Origin: Candidatus Thermosaccharophagus tengchongensis
GTDB taxonomy: Bacteria > Armatimonadota > Fervidibacteria > Fervidibacterales > Thermosaccharophagaceae
Assembly: GCA_032161105.1 (NCBI GenBank)
Contig: JAVHTD010000008.1
Reading direction: 5' to 3' (one strand)
Length of the DNA: 64,000 bases
The position numbers were made by a program, and so were the translations under genes. Below, piece after piece: positions 20,196 to 28,753 of the stretch. Positions within the stretch are counted from its first letter, which is position 1. Every line of letters begins with the position of its first letter. The notes under the pieces are model-generated. The model did not search any database. It was not told the origin of the DNA and saw nothing but the letters and a program-made list of their open reading frames with translations.

Positions 20196-23100
20196 TTGGC
20201 GATGGGAAGTCAGTGTGATAAACATGAGGGTCAAAACGGCATTGAGAGTGTTGGGGTAAGGCATATAGCCTTTACGGCTGTCGTCGGGATAGCTCTCCTG
20301 CTGCGCTGGCTCAACATCGTTCAGAGCCTCTTCGGGATTGACTTTGCCGCAATCATAGCAGCTATCGGCGGCTACAAATTCTTCTACGAGACCATTTATG
20401 AGCTCCTGTTTGAAAGGCGGATTGCAACAGATGCCGCTGTGGCGGTGGCATCAGCGGCGGCACTTTATGTCGGGGAATACTTCGCCGCCGCTGAGGTCAT
20501 ACTCATCATGCTCATCGGTGAGGCGCTTGAACATTATGCCGTTGGTCAGACGAGAGCCGCATTGAAAGAGCTCGCAAGGGCAGTCCCATCAATCGCTCAT
20601 TTGGTCAGGGATGGCGAAGTTGTTGATGTCCCGGTCAGTGACATCAAAGTGGGTGATGTTGTGCTTGTGAAGCCGGCTGAGCGCATCCCGATTGATGGAG
20701 TTGTGGTTGATGGCTCCTCAAGTGTTGACGAGAGCACGATAACCGGGGAACCGCTGCCGTCGGACAAATCCGCCGGAGACAAAGTTTACGCGGGGACAGT
20801 CAATCAGGCAGGCATACTCTATGTTCGCGCTGAGGCAGTCGGCGGAGAGACAATCGTTGCGAGGATAATGCGCATGGTTGAGGAAGCGCGTGAGCGCAAA
20901 GCTGAAATTGAACGAGTCGCCGATAAGTATGCGCGCTGGTTCTTGCCAGCCGTTATGTTGGCAGCTGCGATCACATTTTTGTTGAGTAGGGATTTGATGC
21001 GCTCTGTGGCTGTGCTCATCATTGCGTGCCCGTGTGCCCTTGTCCTCTCAACTCCGACGGCTATCATTTCAGCCGTTGGCAGGCTCGCAAGGGAGGGCGT
21101 CCTTGTAAAGAGCGGAACTGCGGTTGAGGGGCTTGGGAAAATCAACTGTGTCGTCTTTGACAAGACTGGCACGCTAACAGTTGGATCACCGATGTTGACC
21201 GACATCATCGCGGCTGGCGAGTTTGACAATCGCATGGTGTTGTCCTTAGCAGCATCAGTTGAGGCTGTAAGTGAGCATACGCTCGGACGCTTGATAGTTG
21301 AATCGGCGAAAGATAGGGGAGCAGTTGTTTCCCAACCGATGGATGTGCGAGTTTATCCCGGAATGGGCATTGCTGGAGTTGTGTCCGGAAAAGCTGTATC
21401 TGTCGGCAACCGGAAGCTGCTGTCGGCGTTGAATATAACCGTGTCAGACAAGTTCAACGAGGAATGGCATCGCTTAGAATCCGCCGGAAAGACAGTTGTA
21501 GCTGTGGCTGTCAATGGCGCTGTTATTGGATTGCTCGCCTTTTCCGACGAGTTGCGCCAACAAGCGCCAAGCGCAATTGAGATGTTGCGAGCGCTCGGAA
21601 TGGCGAAAGTTAGCATGCTCACCGGCGATGCGAATGCCGCTGCAAACGCCGTTGCCGCTAAACTCGGCATAACGGATGTCCACTCGGAATTGCTCCCGCA
21701 CGAAAAGGTTGAGCGCATACAGCGATTGCAATCTCAAGGGCTATATGTGGCGATGGTCGGTGATGGTATAAACGATGCACCGGCACTCGCCGCAGCGCAT
21801 GTTGGCATCGCCATGGGCGGCATCGGGACGGATTTAACCGCGGAAGCCGGTGATGTGGTCATCCTGACGGACGACCTGACCAAAGTGCCGCTCGCAATTG
21901 ATGTCGGAAGAGCAGCGCTGAAAAAGATCCATCAAAACATAGCAGCATTCGCCATCGGCGTTAATTCGGCTTCCGTCCTGCTCGCCGGCTTTGGGTATAT
22001 ACCGCCAGTTTGGGCTGCCGTAGTTCATCAGGTAAGTTCGCTCGCGGTCGTTTGTAACTCGCTTATGCTCCTTTCAAGGCGCCGCGCTGAGCTGTTACCT
22101 CGGCTTAACAGGATGGCGCTGCGATTTAAAGCAGCTGCAGGTGCACTGCGATGGGAAAGCATAAGCGCATTCGTTGTGCGGCACAGCAGTGTGATAGTGC
22201 GCTGCAGTGTGCTGGCGTTATTGGTCTGTTATTTGCTCTCAGGGTTGTTCGTTGTCCGGGCAAATGAGCGGGCTGTTGTATTTCGCTTTGGCAAGCTTTC
22301 AAGGGAACTCGCTCCCGGATTGCACTATCGTCTTCCGTCGCCATTTGAAAGTGTGGTTAAGGTTGATGCCCTCAGCAGGCGCAGGCTTGAGATTGGCTTC
22401 AGGAGCAGACCGAATCCGTTGAGCAACGAGCCGGTCGTTTATGAGTGGGCGTTCAAGCATAAGGTGGTCGGTTATGAGCGCCGCCCGGAAGAGGGGTTGG
22501 TCATCACAGGCGATGAGAACATCATTGAAGTGAATGTGATCGTGCATTACAGCATCAGTGATGTTACAGCGCTTCTGTTGCGCTCTGTGTCGCCTGAGAC
22601 AATACTGCTGCCGCTGTCTGAATCAATCCTCCGCAGCGTTCTTTCACGCTGCGGGATGTATGCGCCATTAGTTGAGAGTAGAGAGCAAGTTGAGGAAAAG
22701 TTGCTGCGCGGTTTGAGAAGGGCGCTGATGCGCTACGGGATGGGCATAGCTGTGCACAGCGTCAAGTTGCAAGATGTTCATCCACCGCTTGAGGCAGATG
22801 TCGTGGATGCGTTCCACGAGGTGGCAAGGGCGCTTGAAGCAAAAGCACAGCTCATCAATGAAGCCGAGGCTTACAAGGCTGAGAAGCTGCCCGAAGCGCG
22901 TGGCGAAGCTGCATCACAAATGTCATCGGCATTGGCGTTCAGCGTTGATAGGGTGAAAAGAGCCGAGGGAGAAGCCTCGCGGTTTGTGAATGTGGCTTCG
23001 CAGTATAGCAGGGCGAGGGAGATACATCGGATACGCCTATATTGGGAGGAGCTTGAGGCAGTGCTGCCAAACTTGAGGAAGTATATCGTGACAACGGATA

Positions 23101-23255
23101 AAGTTGGTTCGCAGCGCATAATTTTTCTCCCACCAAGCCCTGACATGGCTGTGGGAGGAAAATCGCAGCCGGTGAAGGAGGAGGCATTAGTCATCCCTAT
23201 GTTGGAAGAGTTGGAACATGCGCCACCACAGGGCAAGCAAGGCGCAGTGAGGTGA
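20196..23255 (+). CDS. P1B-type heavy-metal ATPase fused to a C-terminal HflK (SPFH/band 7) domain
   Basis: ITGE, CPC, DKTGT, MLTGD, GDGINDAPAL; then a TM helix and ERAVVFRFGK-PGLHY-ITGDENII-LQDVHPP-AEGEASRF-RLYWE, all in one uninterrupted 1019-aa frame. Confidence 0.92.
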   Translation: MAMGSQCDKHEGQNGIESVGVRHIAFTAVVGIALLLRWLNIVQSLFGIDFAAIIAAIGGYKFFYETIYELLFERRIATDAAVAVASAAALYVGEYFAAAEVILIMLIGEALEHYAVGQTRAALKELARAVPSIAHLVRDGEVVDVPVSDIKVGDVVLVKPAERIPIDGVVVDGSSSVDESTITGEPLPSDKSAGDKVYAGTVNQAGILYVRAEAVGGETIVARIMRMVEEARERKAEIERVADKYARWFLPAVMLAAAITFLLSRDLMRSVAVLIIACPCALVLSTPTAIISAVGRLAREGVLVKSGTAVEGLGKINCVVFDKTGTLTVGSPMLTDIIAAGEFDNRMVLSLAASVEAVSEHTLGRLIVESAKDRGAVVSQPMDVRVYPGMGIAGVVSGKAVSVGNRKLLSALNITVSDKFNEEWHRLESAGKTVVAVAVNGAVIGLLAFSDELRQQAPSAIEMLRALGMAKVSMLTGDANAAANAVAAKLGITDVHSELLPHEKVERIQRLQSQGLYVAMVGDGINDAPALAAAHVGIAMGGIGTDLTAEAGDVVILTDDLTKVPLAIDVGRAALKKIHQNIAAFAIGVNSASVLLAGFGYIPPVWAAVVHQVSSLAVVCNSLMLLSRRRAELLPRLNRMALRFKAAAGALRWESISAFVVRHSSVIVRCSVLALLVCYLLSGLFVVRANERAVVFRFGKLSRELAPGLHYRLPSPFESVVKVDALSRRRLEIGFRSRPNPLSNEPVVYEWAFKHKVVGYERRPEEGLVITGDENIIEVNVIVHYSISDVTALLLRSVSPETILLPLSESILRSVLSRCGMYAPLVESREQVEEKLLRGLRRALMRYGMGIAVHSVKLQDVHPPLEADVVDAFHEVARALEAKAQLINEAEAYKAEKLPEARGEAASQMSSALAFSVDRVKRAEGEASRFVNVASQYSRAREIHRIRLYWEELEAVLPNLRKYIVTTDKVGSQRIIFLPPSPDMAVGGKSQPVKEEALVIPMLEELEHAPPQGKQGAVR

Positions 23256-23256
23256 G

Positions 23257-24192
23257 TTGGAAGTGATCTTTCGCCAAATCGTTTTTGTGATAGCGCTTGT
23301 GGCTCTTATGGCTTTGCTCAAATCGTTCGTGTTCACGCTTGATGAGCGTGAGGTTGCCATTGTGACGAGGTTTGGTAAGCCGGTGAAGAGGGTCATCTCG
23401 GCTGGATTGCATTTCAAGCTCCCGATTGATTCGGTGGTGCGCTTTGACAGGCGATTGCAGCTGACCGAAATACCGGCTCGCGAGTTGCTCACGCAGGATA
23501 AGAAGAGCTTGGTCGTTGAAACTTTCGTGTGCTGGTATGTGTATGACCCGAAGCGCTTCCTTGAAACGCTTGGGACAATGCAGGCAGTCCCGATAAGGCT
23601 TGAGGATATAGTTGTCTCGGAATTTGCGGCGGCTTTCGGGAAGCGTTCCCTATCGGACATACTCGCACCTGATGGCGGTTCTTCTGAATTGGACAGGATA
23701 GGCGAGGAGGTGTTGAGGAGGTGCCGAGAGCGCATCCGAAATGAGTATGGCATCCCGAATGACCCAAAGAGTGACCCGATAAAGCTCGTTGATGTGCGCG
23801 TGAGGAGGCTCAACTTCCCTGAGCCGACGAAGCAGAGCGTTTATGAGCGCATGAAGGCTGAGAGGCAGCGCCAAGCAAAGCAGTATAGGGCGGAGGGAAG
23901 GGAAGCGGCAATGAAAATTCGCAGCGAGACGGATAGGGAGGCTGCTCGCATACTTGCCGAAGCTTACAAGCGCGCCGAGCAAATCAAAGGTGAAGCCGAG
24001 GCGCAAGCAATGCGCATCTATGCCGATGCATACAAGCGTGACCCGGAGTTTTATCGCTTCCTGCGAACGCTTGAGGCATACAAGAAGGTGCTAAATGACA
24101 AGACCACGGTCATACTGTCGGCTGACTCGGAGTTGATGAAGCTGCTCACACAAGGACAGGAGATTGGGACGAAGGATAAAGGGAAGAGGTGA
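23257..24192 (+). CDS. hflC: Protease modulator HflC (SPFH domain)
   Basis: AIVTRFGKP, GLHFKLP, LTQDKK, VYERMKAERQRQA-YRAEG, DPEFYRFLRTLEAY. TTG start after GAGGTGAG. Confidence 0.93.
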   Translation: MEVIFRQIVFVIALVALMALLKSFVFTLDEREVAIVTRFGKPVKRVISAGLHFKLPIDSVVRFDRRLQLTEIPARELLTQDKKSLVVETFVCWYVYDPKRFLETLGTMQAVPIRLEDIVVSEFAAAFGKRSLSDILAPDGGSSELDRIGEEVLRRCRERIRNEYGIPNDPKSDPIKLVDVRVRRLNFPEPTKQSVYERMKAERQRQAKQYRAEGREAAMKIRSETDREAARILAEAYKRAEQIKGEAEAQAMRIYADAYKRDPEFYRFLRTLEAYKKVLNDKTTVILSADSELMKLLTQGQEIGTKDKGKR

Positions 24193-24199
24193 GCAAGGA

Positions 24200-24961
24200 T
24201 TGAGGCGAAGGGAGTTTTTGATGCTTCCACTCGGCGTGGTGATGTGTGAATTCCTGAAAGGTTGCGGCGGCTCATCAAATGGGTTGCAAAGTGAGCAGCC
24301 GAACATCGCGCAGCCCGACATCATCCTGACCGGTAATGAGAGCGAGCTGGCTGAGCAGGTGCGTCTCGGTTATGCCAAGCTTCACGAGATGGCTGAAGGC
24401 GCAAGGGAATACCTTCGCATCGGCTTTTACGGTAGTAGGCGAGAGGTCTTGAGGATGCACCTTTGTGAGCCAAAAGGGGGCGTTGCAAATTACAAGCATG
24501 TTCGCCTCGTGAGGGAGTCAACTGGGGAGGCTGTTAGGCTTGTTTGGGGCTGGGATAAGCTCAAGCCGCAGATACGATTCGTTAATGATGACGGCGAGTT
24601 GCTCACGATCAATGGCGTGGAGATGGAGTTCTGGGTAACGGATGCCAAAGGGAGGTTGCCAACAAACAGCATTGATTGGCTTTCGCTCGGCGCAAAGTGG
24701 TTGGCAGTTGGATTTGCAATATGGCTTGGGGCGCAGGTGGCAAAGCTTGTGGTGTCGGCGATTGCCTTCCTTGCATTTAGCGCAATGGTTGTTGGTGCTT
24801 TAATGATGGCAGCCGGCATTGCGAAGTCAATACTGGAGCTGACCGGTTGGACTTTTGATGATGTCAAAAACTTCTTGGTGAGGGCAGTTGAGGAACTTGC
24901 CAATGCGCTGCTTGAGGGAGCTAAGTTCATAGAGCAAGTGCTTCCCGGATTGGCTGCATAG
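24200..24961 (+). CDS. Hypothetical Tat-type lipoprotein with a C-terminal hydrophobic hairpin
   Basis: TTG start after GAGGTGAG gives LRRREFL...LKGC (twin-arginine plus lipobox); long hydrophobic C-terminus. Confidence 0.65.
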   Translation: MRRREFLMLPLGVVMCEFLKGCGGSSNGLQSEQPNIAQPDIILTGNESELAEQVRLGYAKLHEMAEGAREYLRIGFYGSRREVLRMHLCEPKGGVANYKHVRLVRESTGEAVRLVWGWDKLKPQIRFVNDDGELLTINGVEMEFWVTDAKGRLPTNSIDWLSLGAKWLAVGFAIWLGAQVAKLVVSAIAFLAFSAMVVGALMMAAGIAKSILELTGWTFDDVKNFLVRAVEELANALLEGAKFIEQVLPGLAA

Positions 24962-25003
24962 AAGAAGGTAACTTACATCGCCATTTGGACATGGGTTGGT
25001 GAT

Positions 25004-26392
25004 TTGCTCATGAGGAGGGCAAGCAGGACAGCCTGTGGCGGTGCCGTGTTAGTCCTTGTGTTAGCCATCATTGCGTTTGTCCATTTGTGCTCTTGCAAGC
25101 GCGCTGAGCGAAGAACAGCCGGAGAGAGTTTGACGCTCATAATCATCTCGCCACATTGGGATGGCATACAGCGTGAATTCACATGGGCTTTCCAAGAGCA
25201 TTACAAGCGGCGCTTTAAGAAGCATGTTGAAATACGCTTCCCAGATGTTGGTGGGACTTCACAATGCCTCCGATACATACGCACCAGCTTTAAGGAGAGT
25301 CCAAATGGCATCGGCGCCGACATGTTTTGGGGCGGTGGAATTGACCCATATGTTGAACTCAAGCGTGAGGGCTTGCTTGTGCCATACAAGCCGCCGGACG
25401 AAATTTTAAATCACATACCGAAACAGGTGGCGGGCATACCGCTCTATGACGAGGATTATTGCTGGTTTGGGACTGCGCTCTCCGGGTTTGGAATATTGTT
25501 CAACAAAGTTGTGTTGCGCGAGCACAACCTCCCGGAGCCAAAAGAGTGGGTTGACTTAGCTGACCCGAAGTTTTACGGTTGGGTTGAGCTTACGGACCCG
25601 AGGCAGAGCGGCGTTGCGCACATGATGTTTGAGATAATCCTACAGGCTTATGGTTGGGAGAAGGGGTTTGAGGTCATAGCTATGATGTCCGGCAATGCAA
25701 GGGCATACAATCGCGGTTCGCAGGAGCCGGTTGAAAGCGTGGCGAATGGACAGGCTGCCTGTGCGCCAACGATTGATTTCTATGCATGGTCAAAGATAAA
25801 CGAGGCCGGCAGTGACATGCTCGGCTTCGTTTACCCGAAGAACATGACGGTGATCAACCCCGATGGCATTTCAATCCTCAAGGGATCGCCACATAAGGAG
25901 GTCGCGCAGGAGTTCATCAACTTCGTCCTTTCAAAGGAGGGGCAAAGGCTCTGGATGCTCCCGAAGGGAGCAAGGGGCGGACCAAAGGAATTCACACTCG
26001 CAAGGATGAGCATACTTCCGGAGTTGTATGATGAGCTGAAGGGAAGAAGCGTTTTGGATGTCAACCCGTTCGAGTGGAAGACTACCATGCACTACGATGC
26101 TAAGCTCGGCGCTGACAGGTGGGAACTGCTCAACAGCCTCATTGGTGCACTATTCGTTGATGCGCATGAGCAAGTGCGTAAGGCATTCTCGGCGTTGATT
26201 GAAGCCGGCATGCCAAATAAGCTGCTCAGAGAGTTTGCGCGAGTGCCATTGGATGAGACACAAATGATGAAACTCGCCCAAAGATGGGTTAGGGATAAGT
26301 TGCTCTCAAGCAAGTATGAGGCTGAGTGGGCTTCTCAAGCGCAAGCAAAATACAAGCGCATAATTGAGCTTGCACGAAAGATGAGAAAGTAG
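25004..26392 (+). CDS. ABC transporter substrate-binding lipoprotein (Fe3+/AfuA-like family)
   Basis: IISPH, ADMFWGGG, PKEWVDLADP, DPRQSG, INPDGISILKG, FVLSKEGQ. Confidence 0.82.
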   Translation: MLMRRASRTACGGAVLVLVLAIIAFVHLCSCKRAERRTAGESLTLIIISPHWDGIQREFTWAFQEHYKRRFKKHVEIRFPDVGGTSQCLRYIRTSFKESPNGIGADMFWGGGIDPYVELKREGLLVPYKPPDEILNHIPKQVAGIPLYDEDYCWFGTALSGFGILFNKVVLREHNLPEPKEWVDLADPKFYGWVELTDPRQSGVAHMMFEIILQAYGWEKGFEVIAMMSGNARAYNRGSQEPVESVANGQAACAPTIDFYAWSKINEAGSDMLGFVYPKNMTVINPDGISILKGSPHKEVAQEFINFVLSKEGQRLWMLPKGARGGPKEFTLARMSILPELYDELKGRSVLDVNPFEWKTTMHYDAKLGADRWELLNSLIGALFVDAHEQVRKAFSALIEAGMPNKLLREFARVPLDETQMMKLAQRWVRDKLLSSKYEAEWASQAQAKYKRIIELARKMRK

Positions 26393-26435
26393 CCGCGCAC
26401 CATCTGAAGTTGATGGCGATGCTTTACGGTGTAAA

Positions 26436-27191
26436 TCAGAGGATGTCCTTCAGCACTTCCCTTTGTAGTTCAAACAGCTTTTCAATCCCAGCCCTTGCAA
26501 GCGCAAGCAGGCGTATGAATTGCTCCTGAGTAAATGGTGCTCCTTCGGCAGTTGCTTGAACTTCCACAAACCTGCCGCCCTCAAGCATTGCCACATTCAT
26601 GTCAACGGATGAGCGTGCGTCTTCCTCATAGCACAAGTCAAGCATTTCCTGCCTGTCAACTATGCCGACGCTTATTGCTGCCAAGAGACCATGAAGGGGT
26701 AAGGCTTTACTTGAGAGCAAGTTTTGTTCGCGCATCTTGTGAAGCGCCTCAACAAGCGCAACGAATCCGCCGGTGATCGCAGCCGTCCTCGTCCCGCCAT
26801 CGCTTTGCAACACATCGCAGTCAATGATGATTGAGTGCTCACCGAGTGCGGATAGGTCAACAGCTGCCCTCAATGCCCTCCCGATTATGCGTCCTATTTC
26901 AACTGAGCGTTCATGCTGGCGACCTCGCTTAGCCTCACGCTCGTTCCTTTGCGTTCCCGACCTCGGGATCATCCCATATTCGGCGGTTATCCAACCGGTC
27001 TTGCTCCCGATGAGGAATGGGGGCACCTTATCCGTTATCGTAGCTGTGCAAACCACCCTCGTGTTGCCCACCTCAATCAGGCATGAACCATCTGCAAACT
27101 TTATCCAACCTCGTGTGAGCCTCACCGGGCGCATTTGGTTTGGCGCTCTACCGTCAGCACGCCTTATCAAGCTGACTTGCGACATCTTCAT
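26436..27191 (-). CDS. rph: Ribonuclease PH
   Basis: RADGR, GWITAEYGMIPR, DCDVLQSDGGTRTAAITG, EVQATAEG. Confidence 0.97.
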   Translation of the reverse strand: MKMSQVSLIRRADGRAPNQMRPVRLTRGWIKFADGSCLIEVGNTRVVCTATITDKVPPFLIGSKTGWITAEYGMIPRSGTQRNEREAKRGRQHERSVEIGRIIGRALRAAVDLSALGEHSIIIDCDVLQSDGGTRTAAITGGFVALVEALHKMREQNLLSSKALPLHGLLAAISVGIVDRQEMLDLCYEEDARSSVDMNVAMLEGGRFVEVQATAEGAPFTQEQFIRLLALARAGIEKLFELQREVLKDIL

Positions 27192-27531
27192 GCGCCCCCT
27201 TGTGCGCTCCGTTGGAACTTCCTTCAACCCGAAATTTGACTGCTACACATTTTGCAGCACTTTGTGCCATCTTGCACCATCGCCTCTGTGCCGGTGCATC
27301 ATTTAGATGACCTTAGCACTTTAACCGCTCCGACAAAAGCTGTGCGCATTTAACTGCGCATCTGATGTGGCGCGAAGAGTGCAAGTTGACTATGCGTCAA
27401 GTTTCAACCATCGCCTCATTGTGAGCCGAAGCACAATTAGCTGGCACAATTAACTGTAGGCTGCCCTCATCCGCCGATGCGATGGAACTGGCAGCAAATC
27501 AGGGGTGCATCACCAAATGGGGGTGAATGGG

Positions 27532-27777
27532 ATGGAGGAAGAGCAATTGCGCAAGCTGCTTGAGATCTTGGACATACTTGCATGCCCCGCATGTAAGAGT
27601 GGCGTTGTGCTCTCGGACGATAAGACGGCGTTGATATGCGAGGGTTGCGGCAGGCGATACAGGATTTGGAAGGGCATCCCGATAATGTTGCTTGATGACA
27701 TTGAGTTGCCGGAAGATGAGCCCTCAAGCAGCACGCAACAAAGCTCGGAGGGGAAATCTTGCAGTGCAAGCCCATAG
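27532..27777 (+). CDS. Trm112/YcaR (UPF0434) family Zn-finger protein
   Basis: LLEILDILACPACK...LICEGCGRRYRIWKGIPIML. Confidence 0.9.
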   Translation: MEEEQLRKLLEILDILACPACKSGVVLSDDKTALICEGCGRRYRIWKGIPIMLLDDIELPEDEPSSSTQQSSEGKSCSASP

Positions 27778-28753
27778 CGTGCTGCCACAGGTTGATGAAG
27801 GGGTTGATGTCTCAGTCTGCATCGTCAACTTCAATACGGTGAATGAGTTAAGCAGCTGCATAGCTTCGCTTGCGAGGGGTGCTTCATCAATAACGCTTGA
27901 AGTCATCGTTGTGGATAATGCATCAACAGACGGCAGCGCACAAATGGTGCGTACAAAATATCCGTGGGTGAAGCTCATCGCAAACGAGAGGAATGTCGGC
28001 TTCGCTGCCGGATGCAATCAAGCAATGCGCCATTCTCGCGGGCGATACATCATGCTCCTCAATCCGGACACGATCGTCCACGATGGCGCAATTGAAGAGC
28101 TCGTAAAGTTCATGGATGAACATCCCGATGTGGCGATTGCCGGACCAAAGCTGCTCAACACCAATGGCACACTGCAATATTCGTGCCGTGCCTTCCCAAC
28201 GCTCCTTACGGGCTTGTTCAGGAACACGCCGCTTGAGAGGCTATTTCCGTCAATCAAGCCCGTGAGACAATACCTGCTTACGAATCACAGCCACAATGAG
28301 CCAATGGAAGTGGATTGGGTTTCCGGTGCTGCGATGCTCGTGCGCAGACGGGCAATTGAGATGGTTGGCATGCTTGACGAGGGCTACTTCATGTATTGCG
28401 AGGATGTGGATTGGTGTTGGCGAATGCGGAAGGCTGGCTTCAAAGTCTTCTATGTCCCAAGTGCTGTCATAACGCATGCCGTCGGGAGAAGCAGCGACCA
28501 ACTCTTTGTCCCGATGCTCATGCAGCGCCATCGCAGTATGCTCCGCTTCTACCTCAAGAACTATAGGCGCATGCTGCCGCTCCCATTTGCGCCATTAATA
28601 GCGCTCGGCATCGGCATTAGGCTTTTTGGTGCGCTCTCAAAAGTTGCGTTGTTGCGCATGGTGCTCAAATGGAGGCATTGGGTTGAGAATGCGTTCAAGC
28701 GCAGGGCGAAAACGGCGCGCTCATTCACCCAAAACCGCAAGGGCGGTTCTTGA
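27764..28753 (+). CDS. Glycosyltransferase family 2 (WbbL-like)
   Basis: VSVCIVNFN, VVDNASTDGS, NVGFAAGCN, LLNPD, DWVSGA, YCEDVDWC. Confidence 0.92.
   Translation: MQAHSVLPQVDEGVDVSVCIVNFNTVNELSSCIASLARGASSITLEVIVVDNASTDGSAQMVRTKYPWVKLIANERNVGFAAGCNQAMRHSRGRYIMLLNPDTIVHDGAIEELVKFMDEHPDVAIAGPKLLNTNGTLQYSCRAFPTLLTGLFRNTPLERLFPSIKPVRQYLLTNHSHNEPMEVDWVSGAAMLVRRRAIEMVGMLDEGYFMYCEDVDWCWRMRKAGFKVFYVPSAVITHAVGRSSDQLFVPMLMQRHRSMLRFYLKNYRRMLPLPFAPLIALGIGIRLFGALSKVALLRMVLKWRHWVENAFKRRAKTARSFTQNRKGGS

Noticed and set aside
27313..27340. CIRCE element (TTAGCACT)
   Set aside because: The second half-site GAGTGCTAA is absent.
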